A DNA stretch of 64,000 bases, from contig NW_027361687.1 of assembly GCF_039654945.1 (NCBI RefSeq), positions 34,782,001-34,846,000 of the forward strand. The letters are read 5' to 3'. Every line of letters starts with the position of its first letter. Position 1 is the first letter of the stretch. Shown piece after piece: positions 20,645-44,400 of this stretch. This DNA is from Dendrobates tinctorius (lineage: Eukaryota). Made by a program: the position numbers and the translations under genes. A model generated the notes under the pieces. The model searched no databases. It saw only the letters and a list, made by a program, of their open reading frames with translations, and had not been told where the DNA came from.

Positions 20645-23600
20645 AGGCTGTGCCTGCAGTGTGGCCGGGGGCTGCAGTGTGCCCAGAGGCTGCGACTGCT
20701 GTGTTTCCGGGGGCCTGCTGTGTGGCATGGGGCTGTGCCCGCTGTGTGCCTGGGGGCTGCAGCTGCTGTGTGGCCGGGGGCTGCTGTGTGGCCAGGGGCT
20801 GCGCCCGCTGTGTGCCTGGGGGCTGCAGCTGCTGTGTGGCCGGGGACTGCTTTGTGGCCAGGGACTGTGCCTGCTGTGTGCCTGGGTACTGCAGCTGCTG
20901 TGTGGCCGGGGGCCTGCTGTGTGCCCAGAGGCTGCGACTGCTGTGTGGCCAGGGGCTGTGCCCGCTGTGTGCCTGGGGGCTGCAGCTGCTTTGTGGCCAG
21001 GGGCTGTGCCTGCTGTGTGCCTGGGTACTGCAGCTGCTGTGTGGCCGGGGGCTGCAGTGTGCCCGGAGGCTGCGACTGCTGTTTTTCCGGGGGTCTGGTG
21101 CGTGGTCAGGAGCTGCTGTGTGGCCGGGGGCTGTGCCCGGTGTGGCCAGGGGCTGTGCCTGCTGTGTGCCCGGGTACTGCAGCTGCTGTGTGGCCAGGGG
21201 CTGTGCCCGCTGTGTGCCTGGGGGCTGCAGCTGCTGTGTGCCCGGAGGCTGCGACCGCTGTGTGCCTGGGTACTGCAGCTGCTGTGTGGCCAGGGGCTGT
21301 GACTGCTATGTTTCCGAGGGCCTGCTGTGTGGCCAGGGGCTGTGTCCGCTGTGTGCCTGGGGGTTGCAGCTGCAGTGTTCCCGGAGGCTGCGATTGCTAT
21401 GTTTCCGGGGGCTGTGCCCGCTGTGTACCTGGGGGCTGCAGCTGCTGTGTGGCTGGGGACTGCTTTGTGGCCAGGGGCTGTGCCTGATGTGTGCCTGGGT
21501 ACTGCAGCTGCTGTGTGGCCGGGGGCTGCTGTGTGCCCGGAGGCTGCGACTGCTGTGTGGCCGGGGGGGCTGCTGTGGCCAGGGGCTGTGCCCGCTGTGT
21601 GCCTGGGGGCTGCAGCTGCTGTGTGGCCGGGGACTGCTTTGTGGCCAGGGGCTGTGCCTGCTGTGTGCCTGGGTACTGCAGCTGCTGTGTGGCCGGGGGC
21701 CTGCTGTGTGCCCGGAGGCTGCGACTGCTGTGTGGCTGGGTACTGCAGCTGCTGTGTGCCCGGAGGCTGCGACTGCTTTGTGGCCAGGGGCTGTGCCCGC
21801 TGTGTGCCTGGGGGCTGCGACTGCTTTGTGGCCAGGGGCTGTGCCTGCTGTGTGCCTGGGTACTGCAGCTGCTGTGTGGCTGGGGGCTGCAGTGTGCCCG
21901 GAGGCTGCGACTGCTGTGTTTCCGGGGGTCTGCTGTGTGCCCGGAGGCTGCGACTGCTATGTTTCCGGGGGCTGCTGTGTGGCCAGGGGCTGTGCCTGCT
22001 GTGTGCCTGGGTACTGCAGCTGCTGTGTGGCCAGGGGCTGTGCCCGCTGTGTGCCTGGGGGCTGCAGCTGCTGTGTGCCCAGAGGCTACGACTGCTGTGT
22101 TTCCGGGGGCCTGCCGTGTGGCCGGGGGCTGTGCCCGCTGTGTGCCTGGGTACTGCAGCTGCTGTGTGGCCGGGGGCTGTGTCTGCTGTGTGGCCAGGGG
22201 CTGTGTCCGCTGTGTGCCTGGGGGCTGCAGCTGCAGTGTTCCCGGAGGCTGCAACTGCTATGTTTCCGGGGACTGTGCCCGCTGTGTACCTGGGGGCTGC
22301 AGCTGCTGTGTGGCTGGGGACTGCTTTGTGGCCAGGGGCTGTGCCTGCTGTGTGCCTGGGTACTGCACCTGCTGTGTGGCCGGGGGCTGCAGTGTGCCCA
22401 GAGGCTGCGACTGCTGTATTTCCGGGGGTCTGCTGTGTGGCCGGGAGCTGCTGTGTGCCCGGAGGCTGCGACTGCTATGTTTCCAGGGGCTGTGCCCGCT
22501 GTGTGCCCGGGGGCTGCAGCTGCTGTGTGCCCTGGGGCTGCAGCTGCTGTGTGCCCTGGGGCTGCAGCTGCTGTGTGCCCTGGGGCTGCAGCTGCTGTGT
22601 GCCCGGGGGCTGCAGCTGCTGTGTGCCCGGGGGCTGCAGCTGCTGTGTGCCCGGGGGCTGCAGCTGCTGTGTGCCCGGGGGCTGCAGCTGCTGTGTGCCC
22701 GGGGGCTGCAGCTGCTGTGTGCCCGGGGGCTGCAGCTGCTGTGTGCCCGGGGGCTGCAGCTGCTGTGTGCCCGGGGGCTGTGCCCGCTGTGTACCTGGGG
22801 GCTGCAGCTGCTGTGTGGCTGGGGACTGCTTTGTGGCCAGGGGCTGTGCCTGCTGTGTGCCTGGGTACTGCACCGGCTGTGTGGCCGGGGGCTGCAGTGT
22901 GCCCAGAGGCTGCGACTGCTGTATTTCCGGGGGTCTGCTGTGTGGCCGGGAGCTGCTGTGTGCCCAGGGGCTGCTGTGTGCCCGGAGGCTGCGACTGCTA
23001 TGTTTCCAGGGGCTGTGCCCGCTGTGTGCCTGGGGGCTGCAGCTGCTGTGTGCCTGGGGGCTGCAGCTGCTGTGTGCCCGCTGTGTGCCTGGGGGCTGCA
23101 GCTGCTGTGTGGCCGGGGACTGCTTTGTGGCCAGGGGCTGCGACTGCTGTGTTTCCGGGGGTCTGCTGTGTGGCCCGGGGGCTGCTGTGTGCCCAGGGGC
23201 TGCGACTGCTATGTTTCCGGGGGCTGCTGAGTGGCCAGGGGCTGTGCCCGCTGAGTGCCTGGGGGCTGCGATTGCTATGTTTCCGGGGGGCTGCTGTGTG
23301 GCCAGGGGCTTTGCCCGCTGTGTGGCCAGGGGCTTTGCCCGCTGTGTGGCCAGGGGCTGTGCCCGCTGTGTGCCTGGGTACTGCAGCTGCTGTGTGGCCA
23401 GGGGCTGTGCCCGCTGTGTGCCTGGGTACTGCAGCTGCTGTGTGGCCAGGGGCTGTGCCCGCTGTGTGCCTGGGTACTGCAGCTGCTGTGTGGCCAGGGG
23501 CTGTGCCCGCTGTGTGCCTGGGTACTGCAGCTGCTGTGTGGCCAGGGGCTTTGCCCGCTGTGTGCCTGGGTACTGCAGCTGCTGTGTGGCCAGGGGCTGT

Positions 23601-25300
23601 GCCCGCTGTGTGGCTGGGTACTGCAGCTGCTGAGTGGCCAGGGGCTGTGCCCGCTGTGTGACTGGGTACTGCAGCTGCTGAGTGGCCAGGGGCTGTGCCC
23701 GCTGTGTGCCTGGGTACTGCAGCTGCTGTGTGGCCAGGGGCTGTGCCCGCTGTGTGGCTGGGTACTGCAGCTGCTGTGTGGCCAGGGGCTGTGCCCGCTG
23801 TGTGGCTGGGTACTGCAGCTGCTGAGTGGCCAGGGGCTGTGCCCGCTGTGTGGCTGGGTACTGCAGCTGCTGAGTGGCCAGGGGCTGTGCCCGCTGTGTG
23901 GCTGGGTACTGCAGCTGCTGAGTGGCCAGGGGCTGTGCCCGCTGTGTGGCTGGGTACTGCAGCTGCTGAGTGGCCAGGGGCTGTGCCCGCTGTGTGGCTG
24001 GGTACTGCAGCTGCTGAGTGGCCAGGGGCTGTGCCCGCTGTGTGGCTGGGTACTGCAGCTGCTGAGTGGCCAGGGGCTGTGCCCGCTGTGTGGCTGGGTA
24101 CTGCAGCTGCTGTGTGGCCAGGGGCTGTGCCCGCTGTGTGGCTGGGTACTGCAGCTGCTGTGTGGCCAGGGGCTGTGCCCGCTGTGTGGCTGGGTACTGC
24201 AGCTGCTGTGTGGCCAGGGGCTGTGCCCGCTGTGTGGCTGGGTACTGCAGCTGCTGAGTGGCCAGGGGCTGTGCCCGCTGTGTGGCTGGGTACTGCAGCT
24301 GCTGTGTGGCCAGGGGCTGTGCCCGTGGTGTGGCTGGGTACTGCAGCTGCTGTGTGGCCAGGGGCTGTGCCCGTGGTGTGGCTGGGTACTGCAGCTGCTG
24401 TGTGGCCAGGGGCTGTGCCCGCTGTGTGCCTGGGTACTGCAGCTGCTGTGTGGCCGGGGGCTGTGCCCGCTGTGTGCCTGGGTACTGCAGCTGCTGTGTG
24501 GCCGGGGGCTGTGCCTGCTGTGTGGCTGGGTACTGCAGCTGCTGAGTGGCCGGGGGCTGTGCCCGCTGTGTGGCTGGGTACTGCAGCTGCTGTGTGGCCG
24601 GGGGCTGTGCCCGCTGTGTGGCTGGGTACTGCAGCTGCTGTGTGGCCGGGGGCTGTGCCCGCTGTGTGGCTGGGTACTGCAGCTGCTGTGTGGCCAGGGG
24701 CTGTGCCCGCTGTGTGGCTGGGTACTGCAGCTGCTGTGTGGCCAGGGGCTGTGCCCGCTGTGTGGCTGGGTACTGCAGCTGCTGTGTGGCCAGGGGCTGT
24801 GCCCGCTGTGTGGCTGGGTACTGCAGCTGCTGAGTGGCCAGGGGCTGTGCCCGCTGTGTGGCTGGGTACTGCAGCTGCTGTGTGGCCAGGGGCTGTGCCC
24901 GCTGTGTGGCTGGGTACTGCAGCTGCTGTGTGGCCAGGGGCTGTGCCCGCTGTGTGGCTGGGTACTGCAGCTGCTGTGTGGCCAGGGGCTGTGCCCGCTG
25001 TGTGGCTGGGTACTGCAGCTGCTGAGTGGCCAGGGGCTGTGCCCGCTGTGTGGCTGGGTACTGCAGCTGCTGTGTGGCCAGGGGCTGTGCCCGCTGTGTG
25101 GCTGGGTACTGCAGCTGCTGAGTGGCCAGGGGCTGTGCCCGCTGTGTGGCTGGGTACTGCAGCTGCTGTGTGGCCAGGGGCTGTGCCCGTGGTGTGGCTG
25201 GGTACTGCAGCTGCTGTGTGGCCAGGGGCTGTGCCCGCTGTGTGGCTGGGTACTGCAGCTGCTGTGTGGCCAGGGGCTGTGCCTGCTGTGTGGCCGGTGG
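20645..25300. repeat. GC-rich composite minisatellite (mixed modules, a 23-bp run near 22500-22780, then a homogeneous 48-bp unit) between UFC1 and USP21
   Basis: Unit GCTGTGTGGCCAGGGGCTGTGCCCGCTGTGTGGCTGGGTACTGCAGCT is repeated from ~23350 to 25295. Confidence 0.95.
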
Positions 25301-25459
25301 TTGCATCTGCGGAGTGCATGGCTGTGATATGGGGCGCAGCACATGAGGGCAGGACCTCCAGACTAGAAATAATATATGAACATGGCAGACACTGAGTCCG
25401 GGAGGAGGAACAAGAGCAATTATCTGCAATTGCGTATGGAAGATATTCTTTTTTTTGCC

Positions 25460-25700
25460 AGTAGGAAAGATGGCTGCTGGCTCACTTCCTGTAGTACTTA
25501 CTTGCGAGTAACCGGAAGACAATGCGCACCTGCGTGTTATAAAACCAGTGCCGCTCTCCATGGCAACGTTTGTATATAACGGGCGGGGCTACGACAGAGC
25601 CAGGCATGCGTACTAAGAAATGTGAACAAAATGGCGGATGATGCTGTGGTTGCTATGAAGCCGAGGAGAGGAAGGCCGTGACTGGAGCCCAGCGAACACG
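25460..25700 (+). promoter_or_regulatory. Probable USP21 promoter / non-coding exon 1
   Basis: A unique island between two arrays containing YY1-like AAGATGGC and AAAATGGCGG, ETS (CACTTCCTG, ACCGGAAG) and RFX-like (CCATGGCAAC, GTTGCTATG) motifs. A probable non-coding exon follows at 27631-27681 (CAG|...GAG|GTAGG). Confidence 0.5.
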
Positions 25701-25739
25701 GGTGATGTACAACCGCTGCGTACACGAGACTCCTGTGTG

Positions 25740-27570
25740 TGACCCCCCCCCCTCCTCCTCCTGTATAAGCCCCTCGTCCTCCTGTATGGGTCGCCCCCCC
25801 CCCTCCTCGTCCTCCTGTATGGGTCGATCCCCCCCCCCCCTCCTCCTGTATGGGTCGATTCCCCCCCCCCCTCCTCCTGTATGGGTCGATCCCCCCCCCC
25901 TCCTCCTGTATGGGTTGATCCCCCCCCCCCTCCTCCTGTATGGGTCGATCCCCCCCCCCCCTCCTGTATGGGTCGCCCCCCCCCCCTCCTCGTCCTCCTG
26001 TATGGGTCGCCCCCCCCCCTCCTCGTCCTCCTGTATGGGTCGCCCCCCCCCCCCTCCTCGTCCTCCTGTATGGGTCGCCCCCCCCCCCTCCTCGTCCTCC
26101 TGTATGGGTCGCCCCCCCCCCCTCCTCGTCCTCCTGTATGGGTCGGCCCCCCCCTCCTCCTGTATGGGTCGCCCCCCCTCGTCCTCCTGTATGGGTCGGC
26201 CCCCCCTCCTCCTGTATGGGTCGCCCCCCCTCCTCCTCCTGTATGGGTCGCCCCCCCCTCCTCGTCCTCCTGTATGGGTCGCCCCCCCCTCCTCGTCCTC
26301 CTGTATGGGTCGCCCCCCCCTCCTCGTCCTCCTGTATGGGTCGCCCCCCCCTCCTCGTCCTCCTGTATGGGTCGCCCCCCCCTCCTCGTCCTCCTGTATG
26401 GGTCGCCCCCCCCCCCTCCTCGTCCTCCTGTATGGGTCGCCCCCCCCCCCTCCTCGTCCTCCTGTATGGGTCGCCCCCCCCCCTCCTCGTCCTCCTGTAT
26501 GGGTCGCCCCCCCCCCTCCTCGTCCTCCTGTATGGGTCGCCCCCCCCCCTCCTCGTCCTCCTGTATGGGTCGCCCCCCCCCCCCTCCTCGTCCTCCTGTA
26601 TGGGTCGCCCCCCCCCTCCTCGTCCTCCTGTATGGGTCGCCCCCCCCCCTCCTCGTCGTCCTGTATGGGTCGCCCCCCCCCCTCCTCGTCGTCCTGTATG
26701 GGTCGCCCCCCCCCCTCCTCGTCGTCCTGTATGGGTCGCCCCCCCCCCCCCTCCTCGTCGTCCTGTATGGGTTGCCCCCCCCCCTCCTCGTCCTCCTGTA
26801 TGGGTTGCCCCCCCCCCTCCTCGTCCTCCTGTATGGGTTGCCCCCCCCCCTCCTCGTCCTCCTGTATGGGTTGCCCCCCCCCCTCCTCGTCCTCCTGTAT
26901 GGGTTGCCCCCCCTTCCTCGTCCTCCTGTATGGGTCGCCCTCCTCGTCCTCCTGCATGGGTCGCCCCCCCCCTCCTCGTCCTCCTATATAGGTCGCCCCC
27001 CCCCCTCGTCCTCCTGTATGGGTTGCCCCCCCTCCTCGTCCTCCTGTATGGGTCGCCCCCCCCTCCTCGTCCTCCTGTATGGGTCGCCCCCCCCCCTCCT
27101 CGTCCTCCTGCATGGGTCGCCCCCCCCCTCCTCGTCCTCCTGCATGGGTCGCCCCCCCCCCTCCTCGTCCTCCTATATAGGTCGCCCCCCCCCTCGTCCT
27201 CCTGTATGGGTCGCCCCCCCCCCCTCGTCCTCCTGTATAGGTCGCCCCCCCCCCTCCTCGTCCTCCTGTATGGGTCGCCCCTCCTCGTCCTGTATGGGTC
27301 GCCCCCCCCCCCCCTTCCTCGTCCTCCTATACAGGTCGCCCCCCCCTCCTCGTCCTCCTGTATAGGTCGCCCCCCCTCCTCGTCCTCCTGTATAGGTCGC
27401 CCCCCCCTCCTCGTCCTCCTGTATAGGTCGACCTCCCCCCCCCCCTCCTCGTCCTCCTATATAGGTCGCCCCCCCTCCTCGTCCTCCTGTATGGGTCGAC
27501 CTCCCCCCCCCCCCCCTCCTCGTCCTCCTGTATAGGTCGCCCCCCCTCCTCGTCCTCCTGTATAGGATGC
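25740..27570. repeat. ~30-bp C-rich minisatellite (GTCGC-Cn-TCCTCGTCCTCCTGTATGG)
   Basis: Direct tandem copies with variable C-run length. Confidence 0.95.
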
Positions 27571-27800
27571 CCCCCTCCAGTACATGACACAGACCCTCCT
27601 TCGCTGTATAACCTCTGACTTGTCTCACAGGCCGCAGAGATGTAAGGGGAGAGTGGCCCCCAGACCTGCTGCTGACAATGAGGTAGGACCCCAGTCCCTG
27701 TGAGCACCAGCTTCTGTCCTCCTCCCTCATGAGCGGTGCCGCACCCTTATCTGTGCCCCTCCCTGTCTCCCGCAGGGTCCCTCTCTCTACCAGATCTGCG

Positions 27801-38584
<10,784 letters not shown>

Positions 38585-39344
38585 GAAGCTCCTCGGGGGC
38601 AGGGCTATAATGTCAGCTGACAGGTCAATAAACAAATGGGATTGGCTGCTGCTCTCCATTTGATAGAAGCAATAAAGACTCAGTCACACAAAGACTGGAG
38701 ACTGTAATGTGGACTTTTTGTGGGACCATGTGGGTGTGTGTAGCCTTCAGGTCAGGACTGATTGTACCTCCCCTGTGGAACCACAAGTCCGAGCCAAGGC
38801 GGTAATAGCTTTACTGTTTACAAGGATTGGAGCCAAAATAGAGCAACTGCACCTTTAAAACCAACATGGCTGCCATTACCGCTCACACCCAGCTTTCCCA
38901 AAGCCCGGAATAGCAACCAGTATGGCTGCACCAAGGTATGCCGCTGGCAGCTTTGCTTTTTACAGGAGCGTGGAAAAGCTCGATGAGCCCTGAAATTGGC
39001 ATGCTGTCTCCCAGCTCTCCTAGGATCAGAAAAGAAGAGGATGACTCAAGGACTGGTACATAATGGGGGGACTGGTACATACTGTGAGGGCGATACCTCA
39101 GTCCCAAGGTATGTGTGGCCGCGTCCATCTCTGTGCCCCCCCCACATGACGCGTGCACCCGTTTGTCATCCCCTAACTATATTTTTGGTACAAAGAGTTT
39201 CTATATGAAACCCTGAGATGTCAGATATCAGGCTGACAAAAAGTAAATGTCACATTCACCCCAAAAACGTCTGCGTGTAGTCACTGAGCACGGACACTAC
39301 TGTCACAGAACCACCGGGGAAGGCACTACAAGTGTGTGCTGCAT

Positions 39345-41225
39345 GGAATATTATCCTGCAACCCAAGTATCAGTGTCCTGTGCCCCAAATATCCTGCACC
39401 CCGAGTGTCATTGTCCTACTCGCTAAATATTCTACACCCCGAGTGTTCTGCAGCCCAAATATCCTGCCCCGAGTGTCAGTGTCCTGTGCCCAAATATCCT
39501 GCACCCTGAGTGTCATTGTCCTACTCACTAAATATTCTACACCCCGAGTGTTCTGCAGCCCAAATATCCTGCCCCGAGTGTCGGTGTCCTGTGCCCCAAA
39601 TATCCTGCACCCTGAGTGTCATTGTCCTACTCACTAAATATTCTACACCCCGAGTGTTCTGCAGCCCAAATATCCTGCCCCGAGTGTCAGTGTCCTGTGC
39701 CCCAAATATCCTGCCCCGTGTGTCAGTGTCCTGTGCCCCAAATATCCTGCCCCGTGTGTCAGTGTCCTGTGCCCCAAATATCCTGCCCCGTGTGTCAGTG
39801 TCATGTGCCCCAAATATTCTGCACCCCGAGTGTCATTGTCCTACTCACTAAATATTCTACACCCCGAGTGTTCTGCAGCCCAAATATCCTGCCCCGAGTG
39901 TCAGTGTCCTGTGCCCCAAATATCCTGCCCCGTGTGTCAGTGTCCTGTGCCCCAAATATCCTGCCCCGTGTGTCAGTGTCATGTGCCCCAAATATCCTGC
40001 ACCCCGAGTGTCATTGTCCTACTCACTAAATATTCTACACCCCGAGTGTCCTGTGCCCCAAATATCCTGCCCCGAGTGTCAGTGTCCTGTGCCCCAAATA
40101 TCCTGCCCCGTGTGTCAGTGTCATGTGCCCCAAATATCCTGCCCCGTGTGTCAGTGTCATGTGCCCCAAATATCCTGCCCCGTGTGTCAGTGTCATGTGC
40201 CCCAAATATTCTGCACCCCGAGTGTGTCCTGTGCCCCAAATATCCTGCCCCGTGTGTCAGTGTCATGTGCCCCAAATATTCTGCACCCCGAGTGTGTCCT
40301 GTGCCCCAAATATCCTGCCCCGTGTGTCAGTGTCATGTGCCCCAAATATCCTGCCCCGTGTGTCAGTGTCATGTGCCCCAAATATTCTGCACCCCAAGTG
40401 TGTCCTGTGCCCCAAATATCCTGTCCCGTGTGTCAGTGTCATGTGCCCCAAATATTCTGCACCCCGAGTGTTCTGCAGCCCAAATATCCTGCCCCGTGTG
40501 TCAGTGTCCTGTGCCCCAAATATCCTGCCCCGTGTGTCAGTGTCATGTGCCCCAAATATCCTGCCCCGTGTGTCAGTGTCATGTGCCCCAAATATTCTGC
40601 ACCCCAAGTGTGTGTCCTGTGCCCCAAATATCCTGTCCCGTGTGTCAGTGTCATGTGCCCCAAATATTCTGCACCCCGAGTGTTCTGCAGCCCAAATATC
40701 CTGCCCCGTGTGTCAGTGTCCTGTGCCCCAAATATCCTGCCCCGTGTGTCAGTGTCATGTGCCCCAAATATCCTGCCCCGTGTGTCAGTGTCATGTGCCC
40801 CAAATATCCTGCCCCGTGTGTCAGTGTCATGTGCCCCAAATATTCTGCACCCCGAGTGTGTCCTGTGCCCCAAATATCCTGCCCCTTGTGTCAGTGTCAT
40901 GTGCCCCAAATATTCTGCACCCCGAGTGTGTCCTGTGCCCCAAATATTCTGCACCCCGAGTGTCCTGTGCCCAAATATTCTGCACCCCGATTGTCAGTGA
41001 CCTGTGCCCCAAATATCCTTCCCCCCCCTCCGAGTGTGTCCTGCGCCCCAAATATTCTGCACCCCGAGTGTCAGTGACCTTTGCCCCAAATATTCTGCAC
41101 CCCAAGTGTGACCTGTGCCCCAAATATCCTGCCCCCCTCCGAGTGTGTCTTGCGCCCCAAATATTCTGCACCCCGAGTGTCAGTGTCCTGCACCCAATAT
41201 CCTGCCCCACGAGTGTCAGTGTTTT
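39345..41225. repeat. ~36-bp minisatellite (GTGCCCCAAATATCCTGCCCCGTGTGTCAGTGTCAT) with variant units
   Basis: Direct tandem copies downstream of USP21. Confidence 0.93.
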
Positions 41226-41299
41226 GGACGCCAAGTGATGATGCTTCCTGGGGTACAGATTTTGGGGTACAGTGCTGTGACCTTTCTCCCTAATACATG

Positions 41300-41330
41300 T
41301 GCAGTTGTGCTTGTCACCAGCAGGGGGAGC
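41300..41330 (+). promoter_or_regulatory. CTCF-like site with upstream module
   Basis: TGCAGT at 41300 followed by core CCAGCAGGGGGAGC at 41317-41330, in a unique island between two arrays. Confidence 0.55.
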
Positions 41331-41499
41331 TCCGGTGCCGTCACCTTTGAGTTTGTGCTATAAAGTGATGAGTGGCGCCTGTGTCGGGCAGTAGACGTCA
41401 CAGAGATGACATTGTGTAACCTGGAAATACCGATGATCCACGTAAACTTAAGATGTTATCACTTGCTACAGAGCCCCTACAGCGGCCGAGGAGGACGAC

Positions 41500-44400
41500 A
41501 TGGGGCAGTAAGTTCATTCTGGACTTCCCCATCAAGTAAAATATAACAGCACTGGGGTCTGGAAAGCTGAGTGACCGTCACTATAGCTGCCGCCACCACA
41601 GGGGAAAGAGATCTGCTGCTGCTCTCCCCAACCTGTTACAGGGTTCAGTGTCACACAAATCAGAGACATCGCCAAGGGCTTATGGAAAATCATGTAAATA
41701 TTTGTAGAGGTAAAGGATCCGGATGTGAAAGGCGCCGCACAGCGTACACAGCTCCCTGCACCCAGAGAACCAAAGATAAACCAGGTTTCACTGCTGATCT
41801 CTAGTGATGGATAGGAGGCATTCTCAGTGATGTCACCGCTGATCTCTAGTGATGGATAGGAGGCATTCTCAGTGATGTCACCGCTGATCTCTAGTGATGG
41901 ATAGGAGGCATTCTCAGTGATGTCACCGCTGATCTCTAGTGATGGATAGGAGGCATTCTCAGTGATGTCACCGCTGATCTCTAGTGATGGATAGGAGGCA
42001 TTCTCAGTGATGTCACCGCTGATCTCTAGTGATGGATAGGAGGCATTCTCAGTGATGTCACCTCTGATCTCTAGTGATGGATAGGAGGCATTCTCAGTGA
42101 TGTCACCGCTGATCTCTAGTGATGGATAGGGGGCATTCTCAGTGATGTCACCTCTGATCTCTAGTGATGGATAGGAGGCATTCTCAGTGATGTCACCTCT
42201 GATCTCTAGTGATGGATAGGAGGCATTCTCAGTGATGTCACCTCTGATCTCTAGTGATGGATAGGTGGCATTCTCAGTGATGTCACCTCTGATCTCTAGT
42301 GATGGATAGGAGGCATTCTCAGTGATGTCACCTCTGATCTCTAGTGATGGATAGGTGGCATTCTCAGTGATGTCACCGCTGATCTCTAGTGATGGATAGG
42401 AGGCATTCTCAGTGATGTCACCGCTGATCTCTAGTGATGGATAGGAGGCATTCTCAGTGATGTCACCGCTGATCTCTAGTGATGGATAGGAGGCATTCTC
42501 AGTGATGTCACCGCTGATCTCTAGTGATGGATAGGAGGCATTCTCAGTGATGTCACCTCTGATCTCTAGTGATGGATAGGAGGCATTCTCAGTGATGTCA
42601 CCTCTGATCTCTAGTGATGGATAGGTGGCATTCTCAGTGATGTCACCGCTGATCTCTAGTGATGGATAGGAGGCATTCTCAGTGATGTCACCGCTGATCT
42701 CTAGTGATGGATAGGAGGTATTCTCAGTGATGTCACTGCTGATCACTAGTGATGGATAGGAGGCATTCTCAGTGATGGCACCGCTGATCTCTAGTGATGG
42801 ATAGGAGGCATTCTGAGTGATGGCACCGCTGATCTCTAGTGATGGATAGGAGGCATTCTCAGTGATGGCACCGCTGATCTCTAGTGATGGATAGGAGGCA
42901 TTCTCAGTGATGTCACTGCTGATCACTAGTGATGGATAGGAGGCATTCTCAGTGATGTCACCTCTGATCTCTAGTGATGGATAGGAGGCATTATCAGTGA
43001 TGTCACTGCTGATCTCTAGTAATGGATAGGAGGCATTCTCAGTGATGTCACCGCTGATCTCTAGTGATGGATAGGAGGCATTCTCAGTGATGTCACCTCT
43101 GATCTCTAGTGATGGATAGGTGGCATTCTCAGTGATGTCACCGCTGATCTCTAGTAATGGATAGGTGGCATTCTCAGTGATGTCACCCCTGATCTCTAGT
43201 GATGGATAGGAGGCATTCTCAGTGATGCCACCTCTGATCTCTAGTGATGGATAGGTGGTATTCTCAGTGATGTCACCGCTGATCTCTAGTAATGGATAGG
43301 TGGCATTCTCAGTGATGTCACCCCTGATCTCTAGTGATGGATAGGAGGCATTCTCAGTGATGCCACCTCTGATCTCTAGTGATGGATAGGAGGCATTCTC
43401 AGTGATGTCACTGCTGATCTCTAGTGATGGATAAGAGGCATTCTCAGTGATGCCACCTCTGATCTCTAGTGATGGATAGGTGGTATTCTCAGTGATGTCA
43501 CCTCTGATCTCTAGTGATGGATAGGAGGCATTCTCAGTGATGACAGTGATGTCACCGCTGATCTCTAGTGATGGATTCGCGGCATTCTCAGTGATGTCAC
43601 TTCTGATCTCTAGTGATGGATAGGAGGCATTCTCAGTAATGTCACCGCTGATCTCTAGTGATGGATAGGCGGCATTCTCCGTGATGTCACCTCTGATCTC
43701 TAGTGATGGATAGGTGGCATTCTCAGTAATGTCACCGCTGATCTCTAGTGATGGATAGGAGGCATTCTCAGTGATGTCACCGCTGATCTCTAGTGATGGA
43801 TAGGTGGCATTCTCAGTGATGTCACCGCTGATCTCTAGTGATGGATAGGAGGCATTCTCAGTCGCTGATCTCTAGTGATGGATAGGAGGCAGTCTCTGAT
43901 GTCACCTCTGATCTCTAGTGATGGATAGGAGGCATTCTCAGTGACGTCACCTCTGATCTCTAGTGATGGATAGGCGGCATTCTCAGTGATGTCACCGCTG
44001 ATCTCTAGTGATGGATAGGCGGCATTCTCAGTGATGTCACATCTGATCTTTAGTGATGGATAGGCGGCATTCTCAGTGATGTCACCGCTGATCTCTAGTG
44101 ATGGATAGGAGGCATTCTCAGTGATGTCACCACTGATCTCTAGTGATGGATAGGAGGCATTCTCAGTGATGTCACTGCTGATCTCTAGTGATGGATAGGA
44201 GGCATTCTCAGTGATGTCACCACTGATCTCTAGTGATGGATAGGCGGCATTCTCAGTGACGTCACCTCTGATCTCTAGTGATGGATAGGAGGCATTCTCA
44301 GTGATGTCACCACTGATCTCTAGTGATGGATAGGCGGCATTCTCAGTGATGTCACCACTGATCTCTAGTGATGGATAGGAGGCATTCTCAGTGATGTCAC

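Noticed and set aside
20329-25561. Very long Cys-rich (keratin-associated-protein-like) and Gln/Pro-rich ORFs up to 1110 aa
   Set aside because: They are open in nearly all six frames because the repeat units lack stops; they have no unique flanking coding context and start in the UFC1 3' UTR.
25653-27535. Proline-rich extensin-like ORFs
   Set aside because: Translations of the C-rich minisatellite; the frame changes with homopolymer length.
39332-41238. Cys/Pro-rich ORFs (CPVCQC repeats resembling metallothionein or small proline-rich proteins)
   Set aside because: All three plus frames are open over a 36-bp repeat, and the units shift frame.
41532-42926. 464-aa minus-strand ORF of ITENASYPSLEISGD repeats with N-glycosylation sequons (mucin-like)
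   Set aside because: A 45-nt unit is often stop-free in one frame by chance. The array has frameshifting indels (e.g. near 43545 and 43862) and four TE insertions, and no signal peptide or supporting splice sites were found.
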